Source of the DNA: Octopus vulgaris
Lineage: Eukaryota
Direction of reading: 5' to 3'
Assembly: GCA_951406725.2 (NCBI GenBank)
Contig: OX597834.1
Coordinates: 39,370,001 to 39,434,000 of the forward strand
Length of the DNA: 64,000 bases
Each line of letters begins with the position of its first letter. Within the stretch, counting starts at the first letter, position 1. This document shows, in pieces, positions 1-12,384 of the stretch. Below the pieces are notes generated by a model, which had not been told where the DNA came from, did no database searches, and saw only the letters and a list, made by a program, of their open reading frames with translations. The position numbers and the translations under genes were made by a program.

Positions 1-40
<40 letters not shown>

Positions 41-86
41 TGTGTGTGTGTTTCTGTTTGTGCACATATATATGTTTGTGTATGTA

Positions 87-125
<39 letters not shown>

Positions 126-600
126 GTGGCTCTCTAATGTGCTGAATCTTCACCCTAAGTGTAGATTCCTTATGTGTATATAAATATACACTATCGTATA
201 ATATATACATATATATATATATATACACATATATGCATATATACATACATATGTATATATGATATATATAATGAAGGATATATATATATGTAACATTTAT
301 GTATAATATACCATATTGTTATATGTATACGTATATGTATGGTATGTGTATGTATATATATATATATGTTTGTATTTAGGTATGTAACAGTTAGGTATGT
401 AACAGTTATAGTATATCTTATAGTATATATCTATGTATGTATGTATGTATGTATATATATATATATACACACACTATATTTATATTTATAGTATTTAAGT
501 TATATTTTTATACGAATATGTACGTGTGTGCAAAGCATATGTGTATGCTTGTGTGTATGTGTATATGTGTATGTGTATGCCCGTGGGTGTGTGTGTGTGC
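1..600. repeat. Compound (TG)n/(TA)n/(TATG)n microsatellite
   Basis: Directly visible di- and tetranucleotide runs. Confidence 0.95.
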
Positions 601-842
601 AGTTTTACTCTTTACTCGGTCATCAGCAGACGAATATCGCAATTAAATTAAACTTCATTATTGCTAATTAGAAAATTATTACTATATCATTTAATATTAA
701 TTTATAGGCGGCTGAATATAGAATAACATGGCTGCAGCAAATGCTGGTTTCTTTATGTAACGAGAAATAAAATAACAATAAATATAATTACAACTGAACT
801 AATTACAGCGACCTAATTAATGAAGCCTGCGTGTGGTTGTTC

Positions 843-952
843 GTCATCATCACCATCGAAATCGTCACCAACACGTCGTCAACATCATCGTCAACATCAT
901 CATCATCATCATCATCATCACCACCGCCATTACCATCATTGTCTTCGTCGTT

Positions 953-1008
<56 letters not shown>

Positions 1009-1112
1009 TATCACCACCACTATCATCGTCGTTGTCATCATCATCATCATCATCATCATCACCACCATCATAACTATCATCATCCTCGTCGTTGTCATCA
1101 TCATCATCGTCG

Positions 1113-1157
<45 letters not shown>

Positions 1158-1381
1158 CCACCACCACCACCATAGTCGTCGTCATCATCATCATCATCAT
1201 CCTCGTCGTTGTCATCATGATCATCATCATCATCATCATGATCATCATCATCATCATCATCATCACCACCACCACCACCACCATCATCGTCGTCGTCATC
1301 ATCATCATTATCATCGTCATCATCATCATCACCACCATCATCTTCGTCGTCGTCATCATCATCATCATCGTTTTTATCATC
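843..1381. repeat. (CAT)n/(CAC)n/(CGT)n trinucleotide microsatellite
   Basis: Visible; explains the poly-His/Ser/Ile ORFs. Confidence 0.95.
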
Positions 1382-1513
1382 AAACCCTTAGACGTTACTG
1401 TCCGGTGTCCTAAGACTCAAAGAGCTTCTTACGCGGTTTCCATGGTGAATGAGTGACCCAGATCACAACACCTTACCTTGAAGTTTTCCATATTCTTCTT
1501 GAGACGATGGCAT

Positions 1514-1797
1514 TCTTTTACTCTTTTACTTCTTTCAGTCAGTTGACTGCGGCCATGCTGGTGCACCGCCTTTAGTCGAGCAAATCGACCCTAGAACTTA
1601 CTCTTTGTAAGCCTAGTACTTATTCTATCGGTAACTTTTGCCGAACCGCTAAGTTACGGGGACGTAAACACACCAGCATCGGTTGTCAAGCGATGTTGCG
1701 GGGACAAACACATACAAACACACTCACACAGACACACACACACAAACACACACACATAGCTTTGGTCAGCCCGAAAGGTATAGTAGAAGACACTTGC
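1514..1797 (-). mobile_element. SINE family B (tRNA head + CORE-like domain + internal microsatellite + tail), partial
   Basis: Matches full copies at 3713-4125 and 31532-31939 (gactgcggccatgctgg...gccgaaccgctaagttacggggacgtaaac). Confidence 0.85.
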
Positions 1798-1879
1798 TAG
1801 ATCCGTGGGAGCAACACCCTAACCACTAGGCCACGCGCATTCGTATATAATGTAAGTAATGTACATGTTTATACGTATA

Positions 1880-1910
<31 letters not shown>

Positions 1911-2270
1911 ATGTATGTATGTATGTATGTACGCATGCATGTATGTATGCACGTATGTATGTATGTATGTATGTATGTGTGTGTGTATGTATGTATGTAT
2001 GTATGTATGTATGTATGTATGTATGTATGTATGTATGTATGTGTGTGTGTATGTATGTATGGATGGATGGATGGATGGATGGATGTATGTATGTTTGTAT
2101 GTACGTACCCATGCATGTAAGTAAGCATGTATGTATGTATGCATGCATATATGTATGTTTGTATGTACGTATGTATGTATGCATGCATGTATGTATGTAT
2201 GCATGCATATATGTATGTATATATATGTATATGTGTGCATGCATGTGTAGATGTGCATGCATGCGTGGAT
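1880..2270. repeat. (TATG)n/(TGTC)n/(GGAT)n microsatellite
   Basis: Visible. Confidence 0.95.
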
Positions 2271-2501
2271 GAGTATGACATAATTGACTCAGTTTATAGA
2301 CAAATATGCCCATATTTACGTGTGTACATGCACCTTCTAATTAAAAAAATAATTAATTACACTTGAAACTTTAACGTTTTAAATATGTTCACAGCTTCAT
2401 AATGGTTCATAAATTGTAATTTCTTAATTATCCGTGACCTTTCCCCAGACTGGCGCTGAGGCAGTTGGTTCCATATACAAATGCCCCACTAATTACGAGT
2501 A

Positions 2502-2823
2502 CGTGGAGGCGCAATGGCCCAGTGGTTAGAGCAGCGAACTCGCGGTCGGAGGATCGCGGTTTCGATTCGCAGACCGGGCGTTGTGTGTGTTTATTGAGCG
2601 AAAACACCTAAAAGCTCCACGAGGCTCCGGCAGGAGGTGCTGGCGACCCCTGTTGTACTCTTTCGTCCCGACTTTCTCTCACTCTTTCTTCCTGTTTCTT
2701 GAGTAACGCTGCGATGAACTGGCGTCCTGTCCAGCTGGGGGGGGGGACACACACATACGCCACAGAAACCGGGAAACCGGGCCCATGAGCCTGGCTAGGC
2801 TTGAAAAGGGTGAAAGAAAGAAG
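2502..2823 (+). mobile_element. SINE head A + tail V, with 11-bp TSD aattacgagta
   Basis: Pol III A box (tggcccagtgg) and B-box-like (gtttcgattc); TSD at 2491-2501 and 2824-2834; head shared with 6744, 30724(-) and 34634. Confidence 0.88.
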
Positions 2824-3514
2824 AATTACGAGTATACTTCTAAAATAATGTACGAATGCATGTGTATGTATGTGTACGTTTCTTTGTCTGTCTGTATGTA
2901 TGTGTCTACGTACGAGCACGTAAATATGTGCGTACGTATCTCTGTATGTCACGTTACTCTTAGTTTGACTGGCAACTTGTTAAGTCGGTACAGCTATCGC
3001 ATGGTCGAGCCGTTGGCGACTAAACTGGAGACCCTGTTTAATAAGGAACGTTGGTTTTCGTTGGACAACGTGCAGAGGGGAAAATAAAGCCTTTGAGAGG
3101 ACATATGGATTCGGTAGAGTCAACAGCTGGGAGAAGCGGGACCCTTGTTTTTGTTTACACATCTCGTTGGGAGAAGAAAAACACTGATATAACACCTGCG
3201 ACTTAGCTTACCTCTCTATGTCCACTTCTTCTAGAGGACATAGAAATACCGGATGTAACACCACGAATCTAGCGGGAGTGTCCTACACTAAGATTCCTTT
3301 GAAGCAAATGTCAAGGATGAAATTCCGAAATAACATCCGCCTCATTGCGAAACCTGTGTTCTTGCTTCAAACTCTTCTCATAATCTTTTCCTTTTTCCTA
3401 AGAGGCAAAGTTCTTGGCTGAAGCTCCTAAAAGAAAGCAGACACAAAGAACTAGAAGAGTGGCTTTCAGGCGGTGCAGCACGACGGACTATGATTTGAAT
3501 GCTCGGCTGCTTTC

Positions 3515-3621
3515 GAGGGTATAGTAGAAGACACTTGCCCAAGGTGCTACGCAGTAGGACTGAACCCAGAACCATGTGGTTGGTAAGCAAGCTACTTACC
3601 AAACAACCACTCCTTGCGCCT
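3515..3621 (-). mobile_element. SINE family B head fragment
   Basis: agacacttgcccaagg...gaaccatgtggttggtaagcaagctacttacc. Confidence 0.85.
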
Positions 3622-3712
3622 ATATAAAGGATAAATAACCTTAACTGAGTTTCAAACCTTATTGGGTTCTCACCAGAAGCTTCTACCTCATTCGGGCAAT
3701 TATATTCTGGCA

Positions 3713-4125
3713 TTACTCTTTTACTCTTTTACTTGTTTCAGTCATCTGACTGCGGCCATGCTGGAGCACCGCCTTTAATCGAGCAACTCGACCCTAGGAC
3801 TTATTCTTTGTAAGCCCAGTACTCATTCTATCGGTCTGTTTTGCCGAACCGCTAAGTGACGGGGACATAAACACACCAGCATCGGTTGTCAAGCAATGCT
3901 AGGGGGACAAACACAGACACACAAACACACCCGCATATATATATATATATATACATATATACGACGGGCTTCTTTCAGTTTCCGTCTACTAAATCCACTC
4001 ACAAGGCTTTGGTCGACCCGAGGCTATAGTAGAAGACACTTGCCCAAGGTGCCATGCAGTGGGACTGAACCCGGAACCATGTGGTTGATAAACAAGCTAC
4101 TTACCACACAGCCACTCCTGCGCCT
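3713..4125 (-). mobile_element. SINE family B, full length
   Basis: Minus strand: aggcgcaggagtggctgtgtgg (A box), ggttcagtccc (B-box-like), ccttgggcaagtgtctt (CORE-like), internal (TA)/(TG), tail ending (gtaaaaga)n. Confidence 0.9.
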
Positions 4126-4995
4126 ATATATTATATATTTCTTCCTATTTATATCATCAAATGAGGGAACTTTCGGTGCCAATTTACATCTGTAGCGTCA
4201 GTCACTAAGCACTTCGAAACTTCCCGTAAAAACTTGACGAATAAAGCAAAGAAATTTCCAAAATATTGCAAGACTTTTGACGCAACCCAATCTAACAAAA
4301 CATTTAATCCTTATCCATTGTATACATAGATTGCATCGCGATTCTCAATCTCGGGTTGCATAAAAGTAATTAAAAATCCATTTAAACAAACATGTTATAA
4401 ATACAACTTACGCATAGCAACTCTCTTACTTAAAAATCAAAGCTTTATACAGGATGTAGGCAGGCTTTCTTTAACCTAAACTGTTCCTAAAATTTTAATC
4501 AACATCATAAGTTTTTTTTTCTTCTCCCAGTTAAATATAGGTTAATTTAAATTTAATATATCTGAATTGGTCTTAATGAATCTATGATTACTTACAGGGG
4601 CGAGACAATATTGTTGTGCAATTAAAACTATTGTATTTCAGTATGATGAAAATTAATTCCGAGTAATGCAAAACTGGAGTTAGTAATATTCTACAGGAGG
4701 AGAAAAGACTGATTTAATTCACACAGAAAACTGCTGTGATTAACTATAATTGAAAGCTTTGCTTTTAAATATTATGAAACTAAACGATAATGTAATTATT
4801 TTTGAAATTAATCAGAGGAACCTAAAATCGCATATCAAACCCCTAAACAGAATAAAATAAAGAATACTAATATCAACAGAATGGAGATTCTGGTTATTGT
4901 AATTAGAATTAATATATGTAATTGTTGAATGTTGCCCTAAGGAGGGGCTGTTAGGAATGAGAAACGGCTCAGGTAGTTGTACGCCAAACTTTATA

Positions 4996-5167
4996 TATTT
5001 CTTTACTACCCACAAGGGGCTAAAAACAGAGGGGGACAAACAAGGACAGACAAAGGGATTAAGTCGATTACATCGACCCCAGTGCGTAACTGGTTCTTAA
5101 TTTATCGACCCCCGAAAGGATGAGAGGTAAAGTCGACCTCGGCGGAATTTGAACTCGGAACGTAACA
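4996..5167 (-). mobile_element. SINE family C, 5'-truncated, 17-bp TSD gtacgccaaactttata
   Basis: TSD at 4979-4995 and 5168-5184; central gtcgactttgcctttcatcctttcggggtcgataaattaagtacc-type domain. Confidence 0.9.
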
Positions 5168-5254
5168 GTACGCCAAACTTTATAAGCACCACAGCAATGT
5201 ACAAAAGTGACTGGAAGCACTCTCTAGGCAAGAACATATTCTTACTTTTTATAA

Positions 5255-5390
5255 CCCTTTCTTACTATAGGTACAATGTCTGAAATTTTGGGGGACGGGG
5301 CCAGTTTATTAAATCAATCCCAGAGCTCTTCTGTTACTTATTTTATCGACATCGCAAGTACGACAGGCTTGGTCGACGTCGGCGGATTTT
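5255..5390 (-). mobile_element. SINE family C variant (C2 tail), degenerate
   Basis: Similar to 63340-63470. Confidence 0.65.
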
Positions 5391-5419
5391 GCTATTTGTA
5401 ATAACAGATGCTATTATAA

Positions 5420-5610
5420 AAGATAATATGAAGGATGCTGTGACAAGGGTCCTGGACACATTCCAAGGAACCTTCACGAAGTGGCTGGAACGCCACAAAG
5501 AGTACATTGAAGTCAGGGGATTCTATTTGGAAGATTAGTTTCCTACATCTTTGAAATTAATAAATGTTTATCTCGAAAAAGATCCCAAACCTCTCAAATA
5601 CATCTTGTAT
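5420..5610 (+). mobile_element. Mariner transposase C-terminal remnant plus right end
   Basis: Translates MKDAVTRVLDTFQGTFTKWLERHKEYIEVRGFYLED*, resembling the mariner W.ER..KCI...G.YFE terminus. Confidence 0.6.
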
Positions 5611-5675
5611 GTATGGCGGTTTCAAAAATTAACAGGTTGTTAAAAAAAAATAATAAAACTTTTATTCAAAATTAA

Positions 5676-5830
5676 GAAGTTTGCTTACCAACCACATGGT
5701 TCTGGGTTCAGTCCCACTGCGTGGCACCTTGGGCAAGTGTCTTCTACTATAGCCTCGGGCCGACCAAAGCCTTGTGAGTGGATTTGGTCGACAGAAACTG
5801 AAAGAAGCCTATCGTATGTATATGTATATA
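5676..5830 (+). mobile_element. SINE family B head fragment
   Basis: ccaaccacatggttctgggttcagtcccactgcgtggcaccttgggcaagtg. Confidence 0.85.
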
Positions 5831-5944
5831 TATATAACGATTTAAATATATTCTTTAACCATAAAACACAAACCTTTTGTAGTTTTCTACTCTATTTTCT
5901 CTTTTATACATCCAACCACGTGCTTTCACATACCAACTCTCTCA

Positions 5945-6165
5945 CCTCAGTTCACTCAGCTGTAGAAATGAGTTGCGACGTCACTGGTGCCAAGCTGTAT
6001 CGACCTTTGTCTTTCCCTTGGATAACACTGGTGGCGTGGAGAGGGGAGGCTGGTATGCATGGGCGACTGCTGGTCTTCCATAAACAACCTTGCCCAGACT
6101 TGTGCCTCAGAGGGTAACTTTCTAGGTGCAATCCCATGGTCATTCATGACCGAAGGGGGTCTTTT
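5945..6165 (+). mobile_element. SINE (F-type central domain, head lost) + tail G
   Basis: cagttcactcagctgtagaaatgagttgcgacg shared with 35160-35355(-); tail G also at 6243(-) and 10651. Confidence 0.75.
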
Positions 6166-6242
6166 TTATATATATATATATATATATACAGAGTGAGAGA
6201 CAGATAAACAGAGAGACAGACAGACAGAGATGTATGTATATA

Positions 6243-6361
6243 AGAAGACCTCCTTCGGTCATGAATGATCATGGGATTGCGCCTTGAAAGTTCCCCTCCG
6301 AGGCACAAGCCCAGGCAAGGTTGTTTATGGAAGACCAACAGTCGCCTGTGCATACCAACCT
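6243..6361 (-). mobile_element. SINE tail G fragment, inverted relative to 6052-6165
   Basis: Reverse-complement match over about 110 bp. Confidence 0.85.
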
Positions 6362-6569
6362 CTTGGCGTTAACCCTGAAATAGTTAAAGAACCTGAAACC
6401 ACTGCCACAAAACAAACAAAACGGATCAAGCAGACTGCGAAAAAGAACTGGTGGAAACAAATTGAGGAGCGGTGGAACCAGAAACTTTTGCACGGACAAT
6501 ATATACTTCGAAGTCGAAATGCTGATGTACATCAAGCAACAACCCAACAGTGGCTGAGAAGTTCCGGGT
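6362..6569 (+). pseudogene. R4/Dong-clade non-LTR retrotransposon fragment (post-RT region)
   Basis: WNQKLLHGQY...ADVHQATTQQWLRSSG matches the R4/Dong W..K.LHGQY...WL..G pattern. Confidence 0.75.
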
Positions 6570-6705
6570 GACCTTGCCTTTCATCCTTTCGAGGTCGATT
6601 AAATAAGTACCAGTTATGCACTGGGTCGATGTAATCGACTTAACCCTTTTGTCTGTCCTTGTGTGTCCCCTCTAGGTTTAGCCCCCTGTGGACAATAAAG
6701 AAAAA
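6570..6705 (+). mobile_element. SINE family C 3' half
   Basis: ttgcctttcatcctttcgaggtcgatt...agccccctgtggacaataaagaaa. Confidence 0.85.
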
Positions 6706-6743
6706 AATATATTTAGTTATAGAGAGAATATGGAATATGACAG

Positions 6744-7125
6744 TGGAGGTGCAATGGCTCAGTGGTTAGGGCAGCGGACTCGCGGTCATAGGATCGCGGT
6801 TTCGATTCCCAGACCGGGCGTTGTGAGTGTTTATTGAGCGAAAACACCTAAAAGCTCCACGAGGCTCCGGCAGGGATGGTGGTGATCCCTGCTGTACTCT
6901 TTCACCACAACTTTCTCTCACTCTTACTTCCTGTTTCTGTTGTACCTATATTTCAAGGGGCCGGCCTTGTCACTCTCTGTATCACGCTGAATATCCCCGA
7001 GAACTACGTTAAGGGTACAGATGTCTGTGGAGTGCTCAGCCACTTACACGTTAATTTCATGAGCAGGCTGTTCCGTTGATCGGATCAACCGGAACCATCG
7101 TCGTCGTAACCGACGGAGTGCTTCC
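6744..7125 (+). mobile_element. SINE head A + tail D, 14-bp TSD atggaatatgacag
   Basis: TSD at 6730-6743 and 7126-7139. Confidence 0.9.
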
Positions 7126-7146
7126 ATGGAATATGACAGGAAGAGT

Positions 7147-7290
7147 GGAACCAATTGCGACTGGAGCTCTTGGGTGGTAAATAAAAGCCTTCAGAAACCT
7201 TGACACCATTGGGATTTGTTCCAGAATTACAACTTTGCAAAAGACAACACTTTTGGAAACAGCAAGTGTCTTGCGGAAGAGTACTTTTAT
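7147..7290 (+). pseudogene. R4/Dong-like RLE C-terminal remnant
   Basis: Frameshifted PIATGALG...LQKTTLLETASVLRK, homologous to PIIAGALG...IQKISLLGTAHILRK at 57916-58070. Confidence 0.65.
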
Positions 7291-7774
7291 CTGGGGTTAC
7301 ATAACATGATAGGGGTGGAGTCAGTTAAATGCCCCAGGGTTGACAAGATCATCGCTGTGCGCACATCAGCAATTTTCTTAGCAGAATGGGTGTTAGTTGA
7401 TTACAATGTCCTCAGAACTTGTCTGGTATTTCACTCATTCGACCGCGGAAGGATGGAAGGCAAAGTGGAACACTAATGAAAGTACGAATTGAAGAGAAAG
7501 GCGGGGTGGAGAGCAACGAAGCAGATAGCAAGGAAGAGGATGTGAACGTGGAGCGGGAGAAATTTTTAAAAGTACAAGAGCGGGCTTCCTGGGGAACATG
7601 CTGATGAAATCAACTTCAAATATAATTATAATAGGGAGCCAACTAATGCATATTTAATAAAAGGAACAATATTTAATAGACCCCGAGATTGTATGTCCGT
7701 GTGTGTAAATATGGATGTACGCAAGAATGCACGAAAGTATGTTTCTATGAGTGTCTGCGTGTAAATACGAGCTT

Positions 7775-8811
7775 ATGTATGTATGTATGTATGTATGTGT
7801 GTGTGTATGTATGTATGTATGTATGTATGTATGTATGTATGTATGTATGTATGTATGTGTGTGTATGTATGTATGTGTGTGTATGTATGTATGTATGTAT
7901 GTGTGTGTATATGTATGTATTATGTATGTATGTGTGTATATGTATGTATGTATGTATGCATGTATGTATGTATGTATGTATGCATGCATGTATGTATGTA
8001 TGTGTTTGTGTATGTATGTATGTATGTATGTGTGTGTATGTATGTATGTGTGTGTATGTATGTATGTATGTATGTGTGTGTATATGTATGTATTATGTAT
8101 GTATGTGTGTATATGTATGTATGTATGTATGCATGTATGTATGTATGTATGTATGCATGCATGTATGTATGTATGTGTTTGTGTATGTATGTATGTATGT
8201 ATGTATGTATGTATGTATGTATGTATGTGTGTGTGTATGTATGTATGTATGTATGTATGTATGTGTGTGTGTGTATGTATGTATGCATGTATGTATGTAT
8301 GTATGGATGGATGGATGGATGGATGGATGGATGGATGGATGGATGGATGGATGTACGTACCACTCTGGCTGCCATATTCGTCATCCTTCAACATATGTAT
8401 GTGTGTATGTATGTATGAATTTTATGTGTTTTTAGGGACGTATGTATGTGCAGGGTTGCGTAAAGATATGACTGTGAGTGTATATATACATGTATACATT
8501 TATGAAAATACATACATGTGTATGTACATATGTATGTATCAATGTATGTATATATGTAGGTTGTGTATACATACGTGAGTCTATTTATGTATGGGCATGT
8601 ATGCGAGTATATTTGTATGCATGTATGTGTGTACGCATATACGTACAAATACATAAGTATACATATGTACATATGTGTTAATGTACACGTATGTATTTAT
8701 GTATGAATGTATGTATGCACGTACATATGCATATATGTATGTGTGTATGCATGTATGTATGTATGTGTGTATGTATGTATGAATGTATGTATGTATGTAT
8801 GTATGTATGTA

Positions 8812-8842
<31 letters not shown>

Positions 8843-8880
8843 ATGTATGTATGTATGTATGCATATATGTATGTATAGAA
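7775..8880. repeat. (TATG)n compound array with an internal duplication of about 170 bp
   Basis: Variant pattern at about 7900-8010 repeated at about 8072-8182. Confidence 0.9.
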
Positions 8881-9288
8881 GTACGATATGTCGGTGACAT
8901 CTATAAATATGTGTGTGTACTTACGTATGTATGAGAAGGTATGTATATGTATTACGTGCGTGTGCGTGTGCGTGCGTACCTGCGTGTGGTCTATATGTGT
9001 GCGCGCATTCCTTAAATCACACTGACTGGAGAGCTGCGACTCGTATGGACGTGTCTACTTAAGTGCTGGGTGTGTTTGTCCACACTTAGGCAAGAATGGG
9101 TGATGGTGATTATGATGTTGTTGATGGCGACTCCATTTAATTCTATGTCTTTGCGCAGCTGAAGATTGGTCTACATTTTAAATTGATGTAATGGAATAAT
9201 TGCATTGTTCAATTAAATGGAGTCGCATGAAACGATCGTACTGCATTACCTCTGGTTATTCTTGTTGCATATCTAATATATAAATCTA

Positions 9289-9365
<77 letters not shown>

Positions 9366-9374
9366 CTATATATA

Positions 9375-9444
<70 letters not shown>

Positions 9445-9784
9445 AGTTCTTAGTGATATTAATCCAAATCAGATTAAAATCTCTCTGTGACTTTTGACAG
9501 CAAGTGACACTAGTATGTGTATTGTAGATGTCACGGTATACGGGTCATGTGTGTGTGTGTGTGTGTGTGTACGTATGGGTGTGTGCGTGTGTATGTGCGT
9601 GCGTGTGTATACACGTGTGTGTGTGTTCGTGACGGGGTTGTAGTCAAGGTTATGTAATTATACTGTATCAGTTTACGTAAACATACATGTGTGTGCATGT
9701 ATGTATGTATCCATGCATGTATATATGCATGGCTGTATAAGTGAGAGGATATATATACATATATATATCCATATATATATGTCC

Positions 9785-9820
<36 letters not shown>

Positions 9821-10133
9821 ATGTATATGCATATATAAATATGTATATATATATATGTGTGTGTGTGTGTGTATGTATATTTAACTATATACATACATAT
9901 ACATTTCATATAATACACATACATATAATACACACACACACACACGTATATATATATATATATATATATATCTTTCATTTTTTATCTTTTATCTCTCGTT
10001 TGCCCTATTAGACTGGAGCGATAATGGTGTAACGTCTTCAGGAATTTTGAATCTCTAATCAACCTCAGTACTTATGTCCTTGTAAAACCTGGTACTGAAT
10101 CTATCGGTAAACACACCACCCCGGATATCAACC

Positions 10134-10165
<32 letters not shown>

Positions 10166-10166
10166 T

Positions 10167-10461
10167 TATTTATATTAAGGGCATTACTATACATAAATGC
10201 TTCACGCTAGGAGGGACTCTTAAAGTCAAAAACTGTCATAAAGGGTATATGCATACGCATCAATGCACATATACACACAGATATACGTATACATTTTATG
10301 GTAGTTTTTTACTTTAAGAGTCCCTCCTAGCGTGAGGCATTTATGTATAGTAATGCCCTTAATATAAATAAATATATTTAAAGTGAGTAATTAATAATTT
10401 TTTCAGTTATGATGTTTTTCACGCTAACTACTTGATAAATTAATATAAAGATTTTATCCTA

Positions 10462-10470
<9 letters not shown>
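10167..10470 (+). mobile_element. Fold-back element in (TA)n: arms of about 83 bp plus a one-sided extension of about 100 bp
   Basis: 10167-10249 is the reverse complement of 10288-10370; (TA)n on both flanks. Confidence 0.7.
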
Positions 10471-10529
<59 letters not shown>

Positions 10530-10530
<1 letters not shown>

Positions 10531-10705
10531 TACGACGGGCTTCTTTTAGTTTCCGTCTACCAAATCCACACACAAGGCTTTGATCGGCCCGAAGCGATTA
10601 AGAGAAGACACTTGCCCAAGGTGTCACGTGACTGGGAAGCAAACTTGGCGAGTAACTTTCTAGGTGCAATCCCAAGGTCAGTCATGACGGAAGGGGGTCC
10701 TTCAT
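10530..10705. mobile_element. Chimera: SINE B head fragment (-) joined to tail G (+)
   Basis: cgacgggcttctttt...cacttgcccaagg then gtaactttctaggtgcaatccc. Confidence 0.75.
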
Positions 10706-10770
10706 CTTTTACATATACTTACACACACGGATACATATATACATATGTAGGTATGAACACGCACATACGC

Positions 10771-10834
<64 letters not shown>

Positions 10835-10863
10835 GTGTGTGTGCGTATGTGTGTATATATATG

Positions 10864-10908
<45 letters not shown>

Positions 10909-10914
10909 AAGAAT

Positions 10915-11223
10915 GTTTAAAAGATGTTTATTTACTTTACCGGTTTCACTCTTTGGAAAAAGATTGTCAAAAGTAACCTGTGGAAGTTTGGTTGCGTTAA
11001 TTATTGGTTGTTGCAAGTTGCTACATTGCATATATATATACAGTCTTTGGTAACAGGGACATGTTAAGGACAACCAAACGCAACCAAACTTCCACATGTT
11101 ACTTTTGACAATCTTTTTCCAAAGAGTGAAACCGGTAAAGTAAATAAACATCTTTTAAACTGCATTTTCAAACCTTCTTTCGTATATAATTCCACTCGTG
11201 CGGTACCCCACAACTCCACTTTG
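10915..11223 (+). mobile_element. Penelope-like fold-back element (84-bp arms, 1 mismatch) carrying a hammerhead fold
   Basis: Arms 10915-10998 and 11077-11160; 63-nt one-sided extension; (TA)n flanks. Confidence 0.75.
11099..11143 (+). ncRNA. Minimal type-I hammerhead ribozyme fold, U3-A8 variant
   Basis: ttactt-TTGACAA-tcttt ttcc aaaga gt-GAAA-CCGG-T-A-aagtaa; perfect 6-bp stem I, palindromic ACCGGT; base of stem II imperfect. Confidence 0.65.
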
Positions 11224-11811
11224 TTATATATATATATATACTTTTAGATCATCGTTGTGGAGATTGTTGGTGGGAAAGCTATTGTGTTTGTTGTAAGTAA
11301 AGTGTTTCTTTCGTATCTTTTGTATCTAAGATCATTTATTATTAGAGTAGTGATAACCTGGAACAATAACAAAATTCCTGCATCAAACCAAAATAAATCT
11401 CTTCACCACGACTTCATGCTAACCGACGCCCTACAAACACACGCTTTCTTCCCATCCTTCTCTATTTTCACCCATCCTACGTAACTGCTTCCCTTGTCTA
11501 CTACACTACATCATATTGTCATCACTATTGTTCCATATGCAAAAACAAAAAACAAAAACTATATAAAGCGGAGAAGAACCAAAGTAAATCCCAGTCTAAT
11601 GAAAGAAAGACAAACGAACACTTCGAAGTCACTGCCAACGTTTCCTTATATAAGTTGCTTTCTATTGAAAAGTATTGAGTAATCCTTTCAGTCTAACGTA
11701 AAATTGTTTTACATAAAATCTGTCTTGAAAAGGAAACGAATATATATTTATATACGCATTTGCATATAACCGTACATACATACATACATACATATATACA
11801 TACATACTTAA

Positions 11812-11886
<75 letters not shown>

Positions 11887-12384
11887 TACATATATATACA
11901 CATGCATATATATATACACTGTATATAGTTAGTGTGATTTATGTATGTCATCCGTTACAAATGTCTAGCTGTGCGAATTATACTGTATAATACTAACACT
12001 TGTACATGATAAAGAAACATTATATTTACCTCCTGCTTCTCTTCTCCGTCACTCTTCCTCCTCATCCTCCTCCTCCTTCTCCTCCTTCTTCCACCATTAC
12101 GGATAGAATTACCAGCTTCCAACGCTGACGGTTGAGATTCAATACAAGCACTCCGTTTCTTTCCGCTAATAGAGCGTCCGTCTCTATTTTCCAGCCTCAT
12201 CCTACTACTCCATGGGTTTCGTACTCCTACTCTTCCTTCTCTCCCTCCTTATGCTAATCCCCTCTCCTTTTCCCTCCCCTCTTCGTCTCTCTCTCCCTCC
12301 TTCTCTCTCCCGCTCTCTATCTCTCTCTGTCCCTTTCACTCACACATACAACGATTAATTCTCTTACGTCTTCAAGCAGCATCC

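Noticed and set aside
820-1456. Poly-His/Ser/Ile ORFs
   Set aside because: Open in several frames and on both strands only because of (CAT)n; no complex coding sequence.
7654-8578. Long MYVC/HTYI ORFs here and throughout the window
   Set aside because: (TATG)n, (TA)n and (TG)n artefacts.
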